Part shown: positions 10,227 to 20,543 of the stretch, in pieces
Numbering within the stretch: position 1 is the first letter of the stretch
How the letters are laid out: each line of letters begins with the position of its first letter
Source: an uncultured Thermoleophilia bacterium
Lineage (GTDB): Bacteria; Actinomycetota; Thermoleophilia; Miltoncostaeales; Miltoncostaeaceae
Assembly: GCA_963727285.1 (NCBI GenBank)
Contig: CAVSFF010000008.1
Coordinates: 6,857-70,856 of the forward strand
Direction of reading: 5' to 3'
DNA length: 64,000 nt
The notes under the pieces: generated by a model
The model's database searches: none
What the model was told of the DNA's origin: nothing
What the model saw: only the letters and a program-made list of their open reading frames with translations
Program-made: the position numbers and the translations under genes

Positions 10227-11446
10227 GCACGTTCGACCCGATCGCACGCGCAGACTGGCTGGAGGCGCCGGCGGGCCTGGAGCGGATCGCGGGCGGGTCG
10301 ATCACGAGCCCCGACGGATATGCCGCCGCGGGCGTGGCATGCGGGCTCAAGGCCTCGGGTCATCGCGACCTCGGTGTGCTCGTCGCCACCCGGCCGACCG
10401 TCAGCTGGCTGATGGATACCGTCAGCGCGTTGCCGTCGGCGCCGGTCCTGCTCAATCGGGCCCACGGGCGCGGCGACTATCGCGCCGTCGTGGTCAACTC
10501 CGGCGTGGCCAACGCCGCGACCGGCGAGCCCGGGCTGGATGACGCCCGTCGGATGGCGGCCCTGACCGCCGCCTCCTTCGGGCTTGCCCCCAACGAGGTC
10601 GCCGTATCGAGCACGGGGGTCATCGGCGAACGCCTCGACATGGACCGCATTCCGCCGGCGATCCCCGACGCCTGCGCCCGCGTCGCGCCGGACGGCGGGA
10701 TCGCCTTCAACGAGGCCATCTGTACGACCGATGCCTTCCTCAAAGGGGCCGCGTTCGCGCTGACGCTTGGCGGTCGCACGATCCGCATCGGAATCGCCGC
10801 CAAGGGCGCGGGGATGATCCGCCCGACGATGGCGACGATGCTCGCGTATGTCACGACCGACGCGACGCTGTCCAGGGACGATCTGCGGGCCGCGACTGAA
10901 CGCGCGTGTCGGGACAGTTTCAATCGGATCAGCGTCGACGGGCAGATGAGTCCGAGCGACACGCTGCTGGTACTTGCCGCGGCCGACGGCCCGCCGCTGG
11001 CGGGGGCGGATCGTGAGGCCTTCGCCGACGCCTTGCGGGCGGTGTGCCGCTGGGCGGCCATCCAGATGGTCAAGGACGGCGAGGGGGCAGACCATGTCGT
11101 ACGCCTCACCGTCAGTGGCGCCCGCGACGTCGCCGAAGCCGAGCGCGTGGCCCGCGCGATCGCCGAGTCGCCCCTGGTCAAGACCGCGATTGCCGGGCGC
11201 GATCCGAACTGGGGCCGGATCTCGCAGGCGGTTGGCCAGGCCTTGGCCGGCGCGCCCGGGAGCGCCCACGAGCCCGAGGTCTGGCTCGACGAGGTTGCGC
11301 TCGACGATCCGACTGCGGGCGCGGTGATGGATCGCGCCGAGTACGACGTGAACGTCGCCCTCGGCCGCGGCGACGGACGCGAGACGGTGTGGGTGTCGGA
11401 CCTGACCCACGCCTACGTGACCCTCAACGCCGAGTACCACACCTAA
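10223..11446 (+). CDS. argJ: Bifunctional glutamate N-acetyltransferase / amino-acid acetyltransferase
   Basis: GVACGLKASG, NSGVANAATG, STGVIGERL, and the self-cleavage region AKGAGMIRPTMATMLAYVTTDA. GTGA overlap with argC. Confidence 0.9.
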   Translation: MSTFDPIARADWLEAPAGLERIAGGSITSPDGYAAAGVACGLKASGHRDLGVLVATRPTVSWLMDTVSALPSAPVLLNRAHGRGDYRAVVVNSGVANAATGEPGLDDARRMAALTAASFGLAPNEVAVSSTGVIGERLDMDRIPPAIPDACARVAPDGGIAFNEAICTTDAFLKGAAFALTLGGRTIRIGIAAKGAGMIRPTMATMLAYVTTDATLSRDDLRAATERACRDSFNRISVDGQMSPSDTLLVLAAADGPPLAGADREAFADALRAVCRWAAIQMVKDGEGADHVVRLTVSGARDVAEAERVARAIAESPLVKTAIAGRDPNWGRISQAVGQALAGAPGSAHEPEVWLDEVALDDPTAGAVMDRAEYDVNVALGRGDGRETVWVSDLTHAYVTLNAEYHT

Positions 11447-11515
11447 GGCCGGTGGCCGGTGCCGGAGCCCGGGCCGCGACGCCGGGTTGCGGGGACCGAT
11501 AATCTTCGGCACCCA

Positions 11516-12406
11516 ATGGAGATCATGCATCCCGCATCCGCGTCGTCGGCATCCGGTGACAACACCTCGCGTGTCGCCGTCCTGCTCGAGGCGCTGCCGT
11601 ACATCCGTGACTTTGCCGGCGCCACCATCGTGATCAAGTACGGCGGTGCGGCAATGGTCGCGCCGGAGCTCAAGGCGTCATTCGCGCGTGACATCGCCCT
11701 GCTGAAGCTGGTGGGGATGAATCCGGTCGTCGTCCACGGGGGCGGTCCGGACATCTCGCGGTACTCGGACCTGCTGGGCATCGACGTGAGGTTCGTCGAC
11801 GGGCTGCGTGTCACCGACGCGCGTACGATGGAGCTCGCCAAGATGGTGCTGGTGGGCAAGGTCAACAAGGAGATCGTCGCGCAGCTGCACGTCGCCGGCG
11901 TGGCGGCGGTCGGACTGGCCGGCGACGACGGCCAGCTGATCCAGGCCTCCAAGCAGATGCCCAACGGTCACGACATCGGCTTCGTCGGCAAGGTTGACCA
12001 CGTGAACGCGACCGTGCTGGAACGCCTCTCGGACTTCGTGCCCGTGGTGGCGTCGGTCGGCGTCGACGACGACGGCCAGAGCTACAACATCAATGCCGAC
12101 ACCGTGGCCGCGAGCCTGGCCGGGGCCCTGCGGGCCCGGAAGGTGCTCTTTCTCACCGACGTCGTGGGCGTCCTGGCCGATCCCGAGGACGCCGGCTCGC
12201 TGATTTCCGAGTGCACCCTCGCGGAACTCCACGATCTGCTCGCCACCGGGACGATCGGCGGCGGCATGCTGCCGAAGCTCAACGCGGTCCGGGACGCCCT
12301 CGGGCAGGGTGTCACCGCGGCCCACATCGTGGACGGTCGCGTCGAGCACTCGGTACTGATCGAGTTGTTCTCCGAGGCCGGAATCGGCACCAAGATCACG
12401 CCGTGA
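11516..12406 (+). CDS. argB: Acetylglutamate kinase
   Basis: LLEALPYIRDFAGATIVIKYGGAAM...VVVHGGGPDI...YNINADTVA. The start could also be 11459 or 11525. Confidence 0.9.
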   Translation: MEIMHPASASSASGDNTSRVAVLLEALPYIRDFAGATIVIKYGGAAMVAPELKASFARDIALLKLVGMNPVVVHGGGPDISRYSDLLGIDVRFVDGLRVTDARTMELAKMVLVGKVNKEIVAQLHVAGVAAVGLAGDDGQLIQASKQMPNGHDIGFVGKVDHVNATVLERLSDFVPVVASVGVDDDGQSYNINADTVAASLAGALRARKVLFLTDVVGVLADPEDAGSLISECTLAELHDLLATGTIGGGMLPKLNAVRDALGQGVTAAHIVDGRVEHSVLIELFSEAGIGTKITP

Positions 12407-13577
12407 CCGCGCCGGCCTGGATCGCCCGCGAACAGGCCGCCCTGATGGCCAACTACCGGCGCCAGCCGGTGATGTTCACCTCCGGCTCCGGGGCGTCGCT
12501 GTACGACGCCGACGGCCGTCGCTACGTGGACTGCATGGCCGGGATTTCGATGATCAACGTCGGCCACTGTCACCCCGCCGTCGTCGCGGCGATCTGCGAG
12601 CAGGCCGAGCGGCTGATCAACGTGTCGAACCTCTACTACACCGAGCCGATGCTCGAGCTGGCGGAGTGGATCCGCGACCATTCGATGGGCGGTCGTGTGT
12701 TCTTCTGCAACTCGGGGGCCGAGGCCAACGAGGCCGCGCTCAAACTCGCGCGCAAGCACGGCGGTCCCCTGCGGCCGGAGGTCGTGGCCCTGGAGCACGG
12801 CTTCCACGGGCGGACCTACGGCGCCCTGACGTTGACCGGGCAGCCGGACAAGCAAAGTGCCTTCGTGCCGTTGGTCCCCGACATCCATCACGTCGGCCGC
12901 GACGACCTCGAGGCGCTCGAGGATACGGTCGGTCCGCGCACGTGCGCGATCTTCGTGGAAATCGTCCAAGGCGAAGTCGGCGTTCACCCGATCTCCCGCG
13001 AGATGCTGCAACTGGCGCGCAGGCTGGCCGACCGCCACGGGGCGCTGCTGATCATCGACGAGATCCAGACCGGGCTCTCGCGCACAGGGCCGCTGTTCGC
13101 CTACCAGGACGTCGGCGTCGAACCGGATGTCATGTCGCTGGCCAAGAGTCTGGGCGGCGGGGTGCCGATCGGTGCGATTACCGCACGGCCGGGCATCGAC
13201 ACGACGTTCGCGCCGGGGGACCACGGGTCCACGTTCGCCGGCAGCCCGCTCGCGTGCGCGGCCGGACTCGCGAGCTGCCGGGTGCTTGCCGACCCGGAGC
13301 TCCAGGGCGCGGTGCGGGCCAAGGGCGCCCGGCTGCTCGACGCCCTCCAGGCGCTGGTCGACGACGGCTGGCAACCGAGGCCCGCGGTCGCGGCCTGATG
13401 TGCGCGATCGATCTGCCGGACGAGCGTGCGGCCGCGGTCACCGCCGCGATGCTCGAGCACGGATATCTGGTCAACAACACCTCGGCCCGGACCTTGCGCT
13501 TCCTGCCGCCGCTGGTGATTGACGACGAGGATCTGGCCGGCCTCGCGACGACGCTGCGGGCGGTCCTCGCCGGCTGA
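12403..13577 (+). pseudogene. argD: Acetylornithine aminotransferase; frame broken near 13366
   Basis: GISMINVGHCHP, FFCNSGAEANEAALKLAR, IIDEIQTGLSRTG and MSLAKSLGGG. After ...ALVDDG the conserved end LATEARGRGLMCAIDL...LRFLPPLVI continues in the +1 frame (ORF 12666..13577). GTGA overlap with argB. Confidence 0.85.
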
Positions 13578-13690
13578 TCGCGCGCAGGTCCGGTTGCCGG
13601 GCGCCGGTGGCCTCGCGTACCATCCGCTGACGCGGAGCCGGCTCGTCCGCGGCATCCCCGACCCGACCCGAGCGCCAAAGGAGTTGCGCG

Positions 13691-14448
13691 ATGGCGACCA
13701 GTGAGGCACCCCCCTGGCGGCGGCCGCCCGGATCGAGGACGGCACCAAGGTCTACGGCACCGGCGATGCCGAGGTGCGTGCCCTCGACGGCGTGACACGC
13801 GCCTTTCCGGTCGGCCGCTTTACGGCGATCATGGGCCCGTCGGGTTCCGGAAAATCGACCTTGATGCACTGCATGGCCGGACTCGATCGGCTGACGACGG
13901 GCACGACGTGGATCGGCGACGTCGAACTGAGCGCGCTCGGTGAGAAGGACGTCACCACCGTCCGGCGCGACCGGATCGGGTTCATCTTCCAGGCCTTCAA
14001 CCTGTTGCCGATGCTGACGGCGGCGGAGAATATTCGCCTGCCGCTCGACATCGCGGGTCGGCGGGCCGACCCGGAATGGCTCGACCAGGTGATCGGTGCG
14101 CTCGAACTCGGCGACCGGCTCGACCACCGGCCGACGCAGCTCTCCGGCGGCCAGCAGCAGCGGGTCGCCGCGGCACGGGCGTTCGCGAGCCACCCGGAGA
14201 TCGTGTTCGCCGACGAGCCGACGGGCCAGCTGGACTCGCATTCCTCCGCTGAACTGCTCGGGTTCATGCGGCGCGCCGTCGACGAGTTCAGCCAGACGAT
14301 CGTGATGGTGACCCACGATCCGACCGCGGCCAGCTACGCCGACGAGGTCGTCTTTCTCGGCGACGGGCGGATCGTCGACGACCTGGCCGCGCCGAGCCCG
14401 ACCTCGATCCTCGACCGGATGAAGGCGCTTTCGGACCTGTCGCAATGA
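13691..14448 (+). pseudogene. ABC transporter ATP-binding protein (MacB/LolD-like); frame broken in C-run 13709-13714
   Basis: Walker A GPSGSGKST, signature LSGGQQQRVAAARA, Walker B IVFADEPTGQLD. The ATG at 13691 gives MATSEAPP, then one missing C in cacccccctgg shifts into ...LAAAARIEDGTKVYGTGDAEVRALDGV. Confidence 0.8.
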
Positions 14449-16964
14449 TCTGGCGGTTGGCCACACGCAATCTGCGCTCGAGCCCGCTGCGGCTCGTGCT
14501 CGTCTCGCTGGCGATCATCCTCGGCGTGGGCTTTGTCAGTGGCGCGTTCGTACTGGGCGACACGATCAACAAGGCCTTCGACGGCCTGTTCGCCAAGATC
14601 AATCAGGGTGTCGCCGTCCGCGTCCAGGGCGTGGCCTCGATCTCGAGCGACAGCCGCGAGCCGGTACCGGCGAGCGTGCTGCCCAAGGTCCTGGCGGTGG
14701 ATGGCGTCGCCACCGCGGCCGGCTCGGTCGGCGGCACCGCGACGATCGTCGGCAAGGACGGCAAGGCCATCGGCGGCTCGGGGCCGCCGACGCTCGGCTT
14801 CGGCTGGGTCGCAGATCCGGCGCTCAACACTCTGCGCCTGGTCTCCGGGCGCGCGCCGACGGGTCCGAACGACGTCGTCATCAATGTCCGCAGCGCGACG
14901 CTCGCCAAGGTCGTGCCCGGCGATCCGGTGCGGATCATCACGCCGGCCGGGTCGGCGGACTACCGCCTCGTCGGCCTGGTCAAGTTCGGCTCGACCGACA
15001 ATCTGCTCGGCGCCACCCTGACGGGCTTCTCCATGCCGACGGCCCAACGGGTGTTCGGTCTTGTCGGCCGCTACTCGGACATCGGCGTCACCGGCAAGCA
15101 GGGCGTCCTCGACGCGACGCTGGCCCATCGCGTCCAGGCGGTGCTCCCGCCCGGCTATGAGGCGATCACGGGCGCGCGGGCCACCCAGCAGGCGACCGAC
15201 CAGTTCAACTCGATCATCGGCATCCTGCGCGACGTGCTGCTGGTGTTCGCCGGCATCTCGCTGTTCGTCGGTGCCTTCATCATCTTCAACAGTTTCTCGA
15301 TCACCATCGCTCAACGGACCCGCCAGGTCGGCCTGCTCCGGGCCGTCGGGGCCTCACGCGGCAGTGTCGTGGGCGAGGTCGTGATCGAGGCGCTGATCAT
15401 CGGCGTGGTCGCGTCGTGATCGGGGTCGCATTCGGCGTCGTCGTCGCACTCGGGCTCGAGAAGCTGTTCGACGCGTTCGGGGCGAGCCTGCCCAAGGCAC
15501 CCATCCAGATTCAGCCGCGCACGGTGATCGTCGGCGCTCGACGGTCGGGATTCTCGTGACGCCGTGGCCGCGCTGCGGCCCGCGATCCGGGCCAGTCGCA
15601 TCCCACCGATTGCCGCGCTGCGGGAGGTGACGTGCACGAGGTGACCCATCCGTGCGGCGCCTGGTGGTCGCGGTCGTCGTCACCGGTCTCGGCGTGGGGC
15701 TCGTGTTGCTCGGGGTCTTCGGGAGCGTCGGCAACCCGTTTGTGTGGCTGGGCCTCGGGGCGCTGCTGCTGTTTATCGGCGCGGCGCTGCTGACCGCGCA
15801 GATTGCCCGCCCGCTGGCGCGCGTGATCGGGGCGCCGATGGTGCTGATCGGGCGCGTTCCTGCCCGCCTCGGCCGCGAAAACGCCATGCGCAATCCGGCC
15901 CGGACCGCCCAGACCGCGACCGCGCTGACGATCGGTGTGGCCCTCGTCACGGCGGCCACCATCTTTGCCTCGTCCCTGTACGCATCCTTCGCCGGTGAGC
16001 TCGACCAGCGCCTGCTGGCGCAGGTCATCGTGCAAACGGGCAGCCAGCAGCCGTTTACGCCGGCGGCGGCGACCGCCCTCGCGGCGGTCCCCGAACTCGC
16101 GACCGTGAGCGCGTGGCGGGAGGGCCAGTTCCGCGACGCCCACCGCGACGTCCAGACCGTCAGCGGGATCGACCCCGCGACGATTCTGGACCTCTACAAC
16201 GCCGGCCTGCTGAAGGGTGCGTTTACCGACCTGTCTCAGCCCGGCACCATTGCCGTGCAGAAGGATTACGCGAAGACCAACCATCTGACCGTCGGGTCGA
16301 CGATGCCGGTGTTCTTCGCCAAGACCGGCACGCGGCCCCTGCGGGTGGCGGCGATCTTCTCCGCCTCGACGTTCGGGCAGTTCTTCATCTCACTGCCCGA
16401 ATACGAGCGGAACTTCACGACCCAGCAGGACTCGCTCATCCTCGCCCGCGGCGCGCGGGTGTCTCGGCCGCCGACGCCAAGAAGGCCGCCATGGCGGTGC
16501 TGGCGCCGTATCCCAACCTGACCGTCTACACCAAGGCCGCCTACAAGGATCAGGTCAACGCGCAGATCAACCAGCTGCTGTACCTCGTCTACACCCTGCT
16601 CGGGCTGGCCGTGATCATTGCGATCTTCGGCATCGTCAACACGCTTGCGCTGTCGATCTTCGAGCGGACCAGGGAGATCGGCCTGCTGCGCGCAGTCGGG
16701 CTGACGCGGCGGGCGACGCGGGCGATGATTCGCTGGGAGGCGATCATCGTGGCGCTGATCGGCGGGGTGGTCGGCCTCGTGCTCGGGGCGTTCATCGGCA
16801 TCGTCATCGTGCAGCGGATCTCGCTGCTGACGACCCTGTCGGTGCCATGGGGGTCGCTGGTGGTGTTCCTGGTCCTGGCGGGCGTCGCGGGCGTGGTCGC
16901 CGCGATCTTCCCGGCCCGCCGCGCTGCCCGGCTAAACGTCCTGGACGCGATTCAGTCGGATTAG
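14445..16964 (+). pseudogene. ABC transporter permease, double FtsX-domain (MacB-like, about 840 aa); at least 3-4 frame breaks
   Basis: The N-terminal part is 14445..15419 (FTITIAQRTRQVGLLRAVGASR), the middle is 15652..16521, and the C-terminal FtsX domain is the tail of ORF 16113..16964 (LSIFERTREIGLLRAVGLTRR...ARRAARLNVLDAIQSD). Breaks are near 15415, within 15530-15650 and near 16455. Confidence 0.8.
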
Positions 16965-17515
16965 GTCGCCGGCCGCCCCGGCGGGGGCGGACGGTCCGGC
17001 CGCCTCGTCCGCGGCTCCGGGTGCGCCGTCGGGCTGGACCGCGAACCGCATGGCGATGCGCGTGCCCGCGCCGACGTGGCTGACATGGACATCGTCGGCC
17101 AGCGACTGCATGATCGGAAAGCCCCGGCCGCGCGGACTCGAGTCCGACGGCGGTCCGAGAGCGGGTCGATCGCCGGCGGGTCCGCGCCGCTGCCTTCGTC
17201 GGTCACGATCAGGGTCGCGCCGTCGCGTTGGACGATCACCTGGACTTCAATCTGGCCGCCGTCGACGGGCGAGCCGTGCTCGATCGCGTTGGACACCGCC
17301 TCGCTGGCCGCCAGCAGGAGGCGGCCCGAGTCTTCCGGGCTCCACGGCTCGCGATCGAGGACCAGGGCCAGGGCGCACCGTACGAAGGTCAGCGATCTGA
17401 GGGTCGCGGGGACCCGGAAGGCTGACTCGATAGCGTCGCTGGTCATTTCGTCAAAAAATTCGTCGCAGAGTGCTGCCAATCCTATCGGCATGGCCGAAAC
17501 GAAAGAAAGGGTCAT
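16932..17515 (-). pseudogene. Anti-sigma regulatory factor / HATPase_c serine kinase (RsbW-like); frame broken near 17130-17160
   Basis: LLAASEAVSNAIEHG...IEVQVIVQRDGATLIVTDEGSG. The expected G-box GRGFPIMQSLADDVHVSHVGAGTRIAMRF reads in another minus frame. The 3' end is uncertain (16932 or 16961). Confidence 0.6.
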
Positions 17516-17575
17516 GGTCGCGACGAATCCGGCGTGTCACATCTAGACTGCGGGCTGGCCCGTTGTCGTCCATGT

Positions 17576-18850
17576 ATGAGGTCATTTGTGTCTGACGCGC
17601 AAGTAGCTCCACAGCCCGCTTCGTATATCGCCCGGCCCGAAGACGTCCACCGTGTGGTCCTGCTCTACTCCGGCGGGCTCGACACGTCGGTGATGCTCAA
17701 GTGGATCCAGGACGAGTACCACGCCGAGGTCATCGCGCTGTGCATCGACCTCGGCCAGCCGGCCGACGACTTTGACGCCGCCCTCGACAAGGCCCGCAAT
17801 CTTGGCGCCGTCGAGGCGATTCTGGTCGACGCCAAGGATGAGTTCGCCCGCGACTACGTCGGGCCGTCGATCCTCGCCAACGCCCGCTACCAGGGCGGCT
17901 ACCCGCCGTTCACGAGCCTCGGTCGCCCGCTGCTGGCCAAGCTCGCCGTCGAGGCCGCACGCGCGTTCAACGCCGACACGATCGCCCACGGCTGCACGGG
18001 CAAGGGCAACGACCAGGTGCGGATCGAGGCGACCATCGCCACGATCGCGCCGGAGCTCAAGGTGATCGCGCCGGTCCGCGAGTGGCAGATGGGCCGCGAC
18101 GAGGAGATCGCCTACGCGGAGCGCCACGGAATCCCGGTGACCTCGTCGGTGGCGCGCCCGTATTCGATCGACGACAACCTGTGGGGACGCTCCAGCGAAG
18201 GCGGCATCATCGAGGAGCTCGATCAGGCCCCGCCGGACGATCTGTTCGAGCTGGTGACCCCGCCGATCGCCGCCCCGGACCGCGTCGAGGAGATCGTGGT
18301 GGGCTTTCGCGAGGGCCTGCCGGTCGCGATCGACGGAATCGAGTACGGATTGGTCGAGCTGATCCAGCGGGTTGCGGAGATCGCCTGCCGCAACGGTGTC
18401 GGGATCGTCGACCACATCGAGGACCGCGTCGTGGGGCTGAAGGTGCGGGACATCTACGAGGTCCCGGCCGCGGAGGTCCTGCTGACCGCACACCGTGAAC
18501 TCGAGAAGCTGGTCTGCACCGGGCGTCAGAACGCCCTCAAGCCCCAGCTGGACGGGCTGTGGGCCCAGCTGGTGTACGAGGGGCTGTGGTACGAGCCGCT
18601 GCTGGCGAACCTGAACGCGCTGATGCGCGACGTCAACCGCAAGGTCACCGGCGAGATCACGATGCGCCTCTACAAGGGCACCGCACGCGCGTGTCGCCGC
18701 GTGTCTCCGTACGCCATCTACGACAAGAGCCTGGCGACCTTCAACGCCGACGCCTCGTTCTCGCAGCATGCCTCGCCAGGATTCATCGAGTTGTTCTCGC
18801 TGCAGAGCCGGATGGCCTACCGCATCGCCGAGACGCTGGACAAGGGCTGA
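17576..18850 (+). CDS. argG: Argininosuccinate synthase
   Basis: VVLLYSGGLDTSVMLKWI, AHGCTGKGNDQVR, YSIDDNLWGRS and GIVDHIEDRVVGLKVR. Confidence 0.9.
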   Translation: MRSFVSDAQVAPQPASYIARPEDVHRVVLLYSGGLDTSVMLKWIQDEYHAEVIALCIDLGQPADDFDAALDKARNLGAVEAILVDAKDEFARDYVGPSILANARYQGGYPPFTSLGRPLLAKLAVEAARAFNADTIAHGCTGKGNDQVRIEATIATIAPELKVIAPVREWQMGRDEEIAYAERHGIPVTSSVARPYSIDDNLWGRSSEGGIIEELDQAPPDDLFELVTPPIAAPDRVEEIVVGFREGLPVAIDGIEYGLVELIQRVAEIACRNGVGIVDHIEDRVVGLKVRDIYEVPAAEVLLTAHRELEKLVCTGRQNALKPQLDGLWAQLVYEGLWYEPLLANLNALMRDVNRKVTGEITMRLYKGTARACRRVSPYAIYDKSLATFNADASFSQHASPGFIELFSLQSRMAYRIAETLDKG

Positions 18851-18854
18851 CACG

Positions 18855-19790
18855 ATGCGCCGCGTGATGCCGCCCCAGCGCCTGCGGATCCACCGCGGGG
18901 CGTGCGCCCCGTCGTGCGAGCTCGGACCCGGACCGGAGGGGTGGACGCTCGGTCCCGTGCCGCTTCCCGACGGGGCGTGGTCGGCACCATGGCCCCGGCT
19001 GGCCCTGTCGGTCGCCTCGCCCTATCCGACCGAGGGGCTGTCGGTCGCCGCCGGCGGCGGCATGGTGCTCAGCCGGCTTCCGGGTGTGGTCCAGGCCGTT
19101 GTCCTGCCCGATCTGTCCCAGGCATTCGATCGCCGGCCGCCGGGCCTGGTCGAGGCGCTCGGGGCCGGGCGCGCGAACGCGGCGGTCCTCCGTGCCGACG
19201 ACGGCTGGCGCGCGGTCGTCCTGCCGAGCCTCGGTGACCGCCTGCCGGACCTGGGTCCCGGACCGGTGGCGATCTCGGCCAGCGGCCGCCTCGTGGCCGT
19301 ATTCGACGTCGACCGCACCGTGGTCATGCCCCTCGGGGGCGGAGCGCCGGTGGCGGAGTATCCCGGCGCGGTCGACGCGCTGGCGTTTGCGGGCGAACGA
19401 CTGTGGCTGGCCGCCGGTGGCGTGGTCGGGCCGGCCGACGCCCACGCGCACGGTTGGGGGGCCCACGTACGGCGCCTTGCCGCCGCGGCCGCGGCCGACC
19501 GCGTCCTTGTGGTGCACGCCGACGGCCAGATCTCCCGCTTCGGTACCGACGAGGCGCAGTGCACCTGGACGCCCGTCCTCGACGACGTCCGCGAGATCTC
19601 ACTCTCGGACGACGGGGAATGGGCGACGCTCGCGACGCCCGACGCCGTCGCGGTGGTTCGCGCCGGCGACGGGGCGGTCGCCGTCTACGTCCGAGGCGCG
19701 TCGTCGATCGCCCTCGGCACCGATCAGCGCATTGTGGTCGGAGGCGCGTGGGGTATGGCGCTGATCGTTCCCGTAGAGGAGACCGTATGA
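18855..19790 (+). CDS. Hypothetical protein, repeat-rich (possibly beta-propeller-like)
   Basis: Good GC3 bias, starts 5 nt after argG. Recurring strand-like blocks (VAVFDVDRTVV, LAFAGERLWLAAGG, VLVVHADGQISRF, ISLSDDGEWATLA) end in IVVGGAWGMALIV. Confidence 0.6.
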   Translation: MRRVMPPQRLRIHRGACAPSCELGPGPEGWTLGPVPLPDGAWSAPWPRLALSVASPYPTEGLSVAAGGGMVLSRLPGVVQAVVLPDLSQAFDRRPPGLVEALGAGRANAAVLRADDGWRAVVLPSLGDRLPDLGPGPVAISASGRLVAVFDVDRTVVMPLGGGAPVAEYPGAVDALAFAGERLWLAAGGVVGPADAHAHGWGAHVRRLAAAAAADRVLVVHADGQISRFGTDEAQCTWTPVLDDVREISLSDDGEWATLATPDAVAVVRAGDGAVAVYVRGASSIALGTDQRIVVGGAWGMALIVPVEETV

Positions 19791-20431
19791 CGACACGACC
19801 GCTTCCGCCGCCGCCGGTGTACCCGGACGATCCGGGTCCGTGGGCCGGCATTCTCGAGGTGCTCCAGCGCCGCGGAGCCGGGCCCGGTCGCCGACGTGCC
19901 GAGCCGCCGAACGGCCTGATGCTGATGCCGCCGCCCAAGACCGCCGCCGATCTGGTCGGACTCGACGCGGGGCTCGGCATCGCCGGCGCCGGGCCGGTGC
20001 GGACCGTCGCCGCGGCGCGCGAGCCCGCCCTCGGGCTGCGTCTGCAGGAGGATGGGCGTATCGAGTCCGTCGCCACGGGCGTCCGCCGGGTGTGGGAAGT
20101 GCCCGGATTGACCCTGGCCGGCGTGGAGCGCCCCGAGATCAACCCGGCTCCGGCGGCATCGGTGCCCGTCCTGCTCGACGACCTTGCCGCCGTCGGGATT
20201 CCCGAGGCGGCGCTGTTGGCGCCCGGCGGCACGGTCGCCGCCGCCTACGTGGCCGAATCGGCCCGCGTCTTCTCGCTGGCGATCGTCCGCACATCGGACC
20301 TGGGCGTGTGCCGTCTGATCCGCTGGGTCCGCGCCGCGGCGTGGTCGGCCGACGGCCAAACCTTGGTGATCGGCGGGGACTGGGGCATGCTCGCCCTCGA
20401 GCACCGCGATCAGGCACCGTCCGCGTCGTGA
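19787..20431 (+). CDS. Hypothetical protein, paralogous C-terminus to the upstream gene
   Basis: ATGA overlap with the preceding gene. Its C-terminus AAWSADGQTLVIGGDWGMLALEH mirrors ...IVVGGAWGMALIV of the neighbour. Confidence 0.55.
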   Translation: MTTRPLPPPPVYPDDPGPWAGILEVLQRRGAGPGRRRAEPPNGLMLMPPPKTAADLVGLDAGLGIAGAGPVRTVAAAREPALGLRLQEDGRIESVATGVRRVWEVPGLTLAGVERPEINPAPAASVPVLLDDLAAVGIPEAALLAPGGTVAAAYVAESARVFSLAIVRTSDLGVCRLIRWVRAAAWSADGQTLVIGGDWGMLALEHRDQAPSAS

Positions 20432-20543
20432 TCGGAGGCGGCACCCGCGACGCCACCGATAGCGTCGTGGGTGCCGCTACGACCCCACATCTTGTGTCCG
20501 TGCGCCCTTGCCGCTGTCTGAGGCGGGGGCTAGCCTGACGGGG

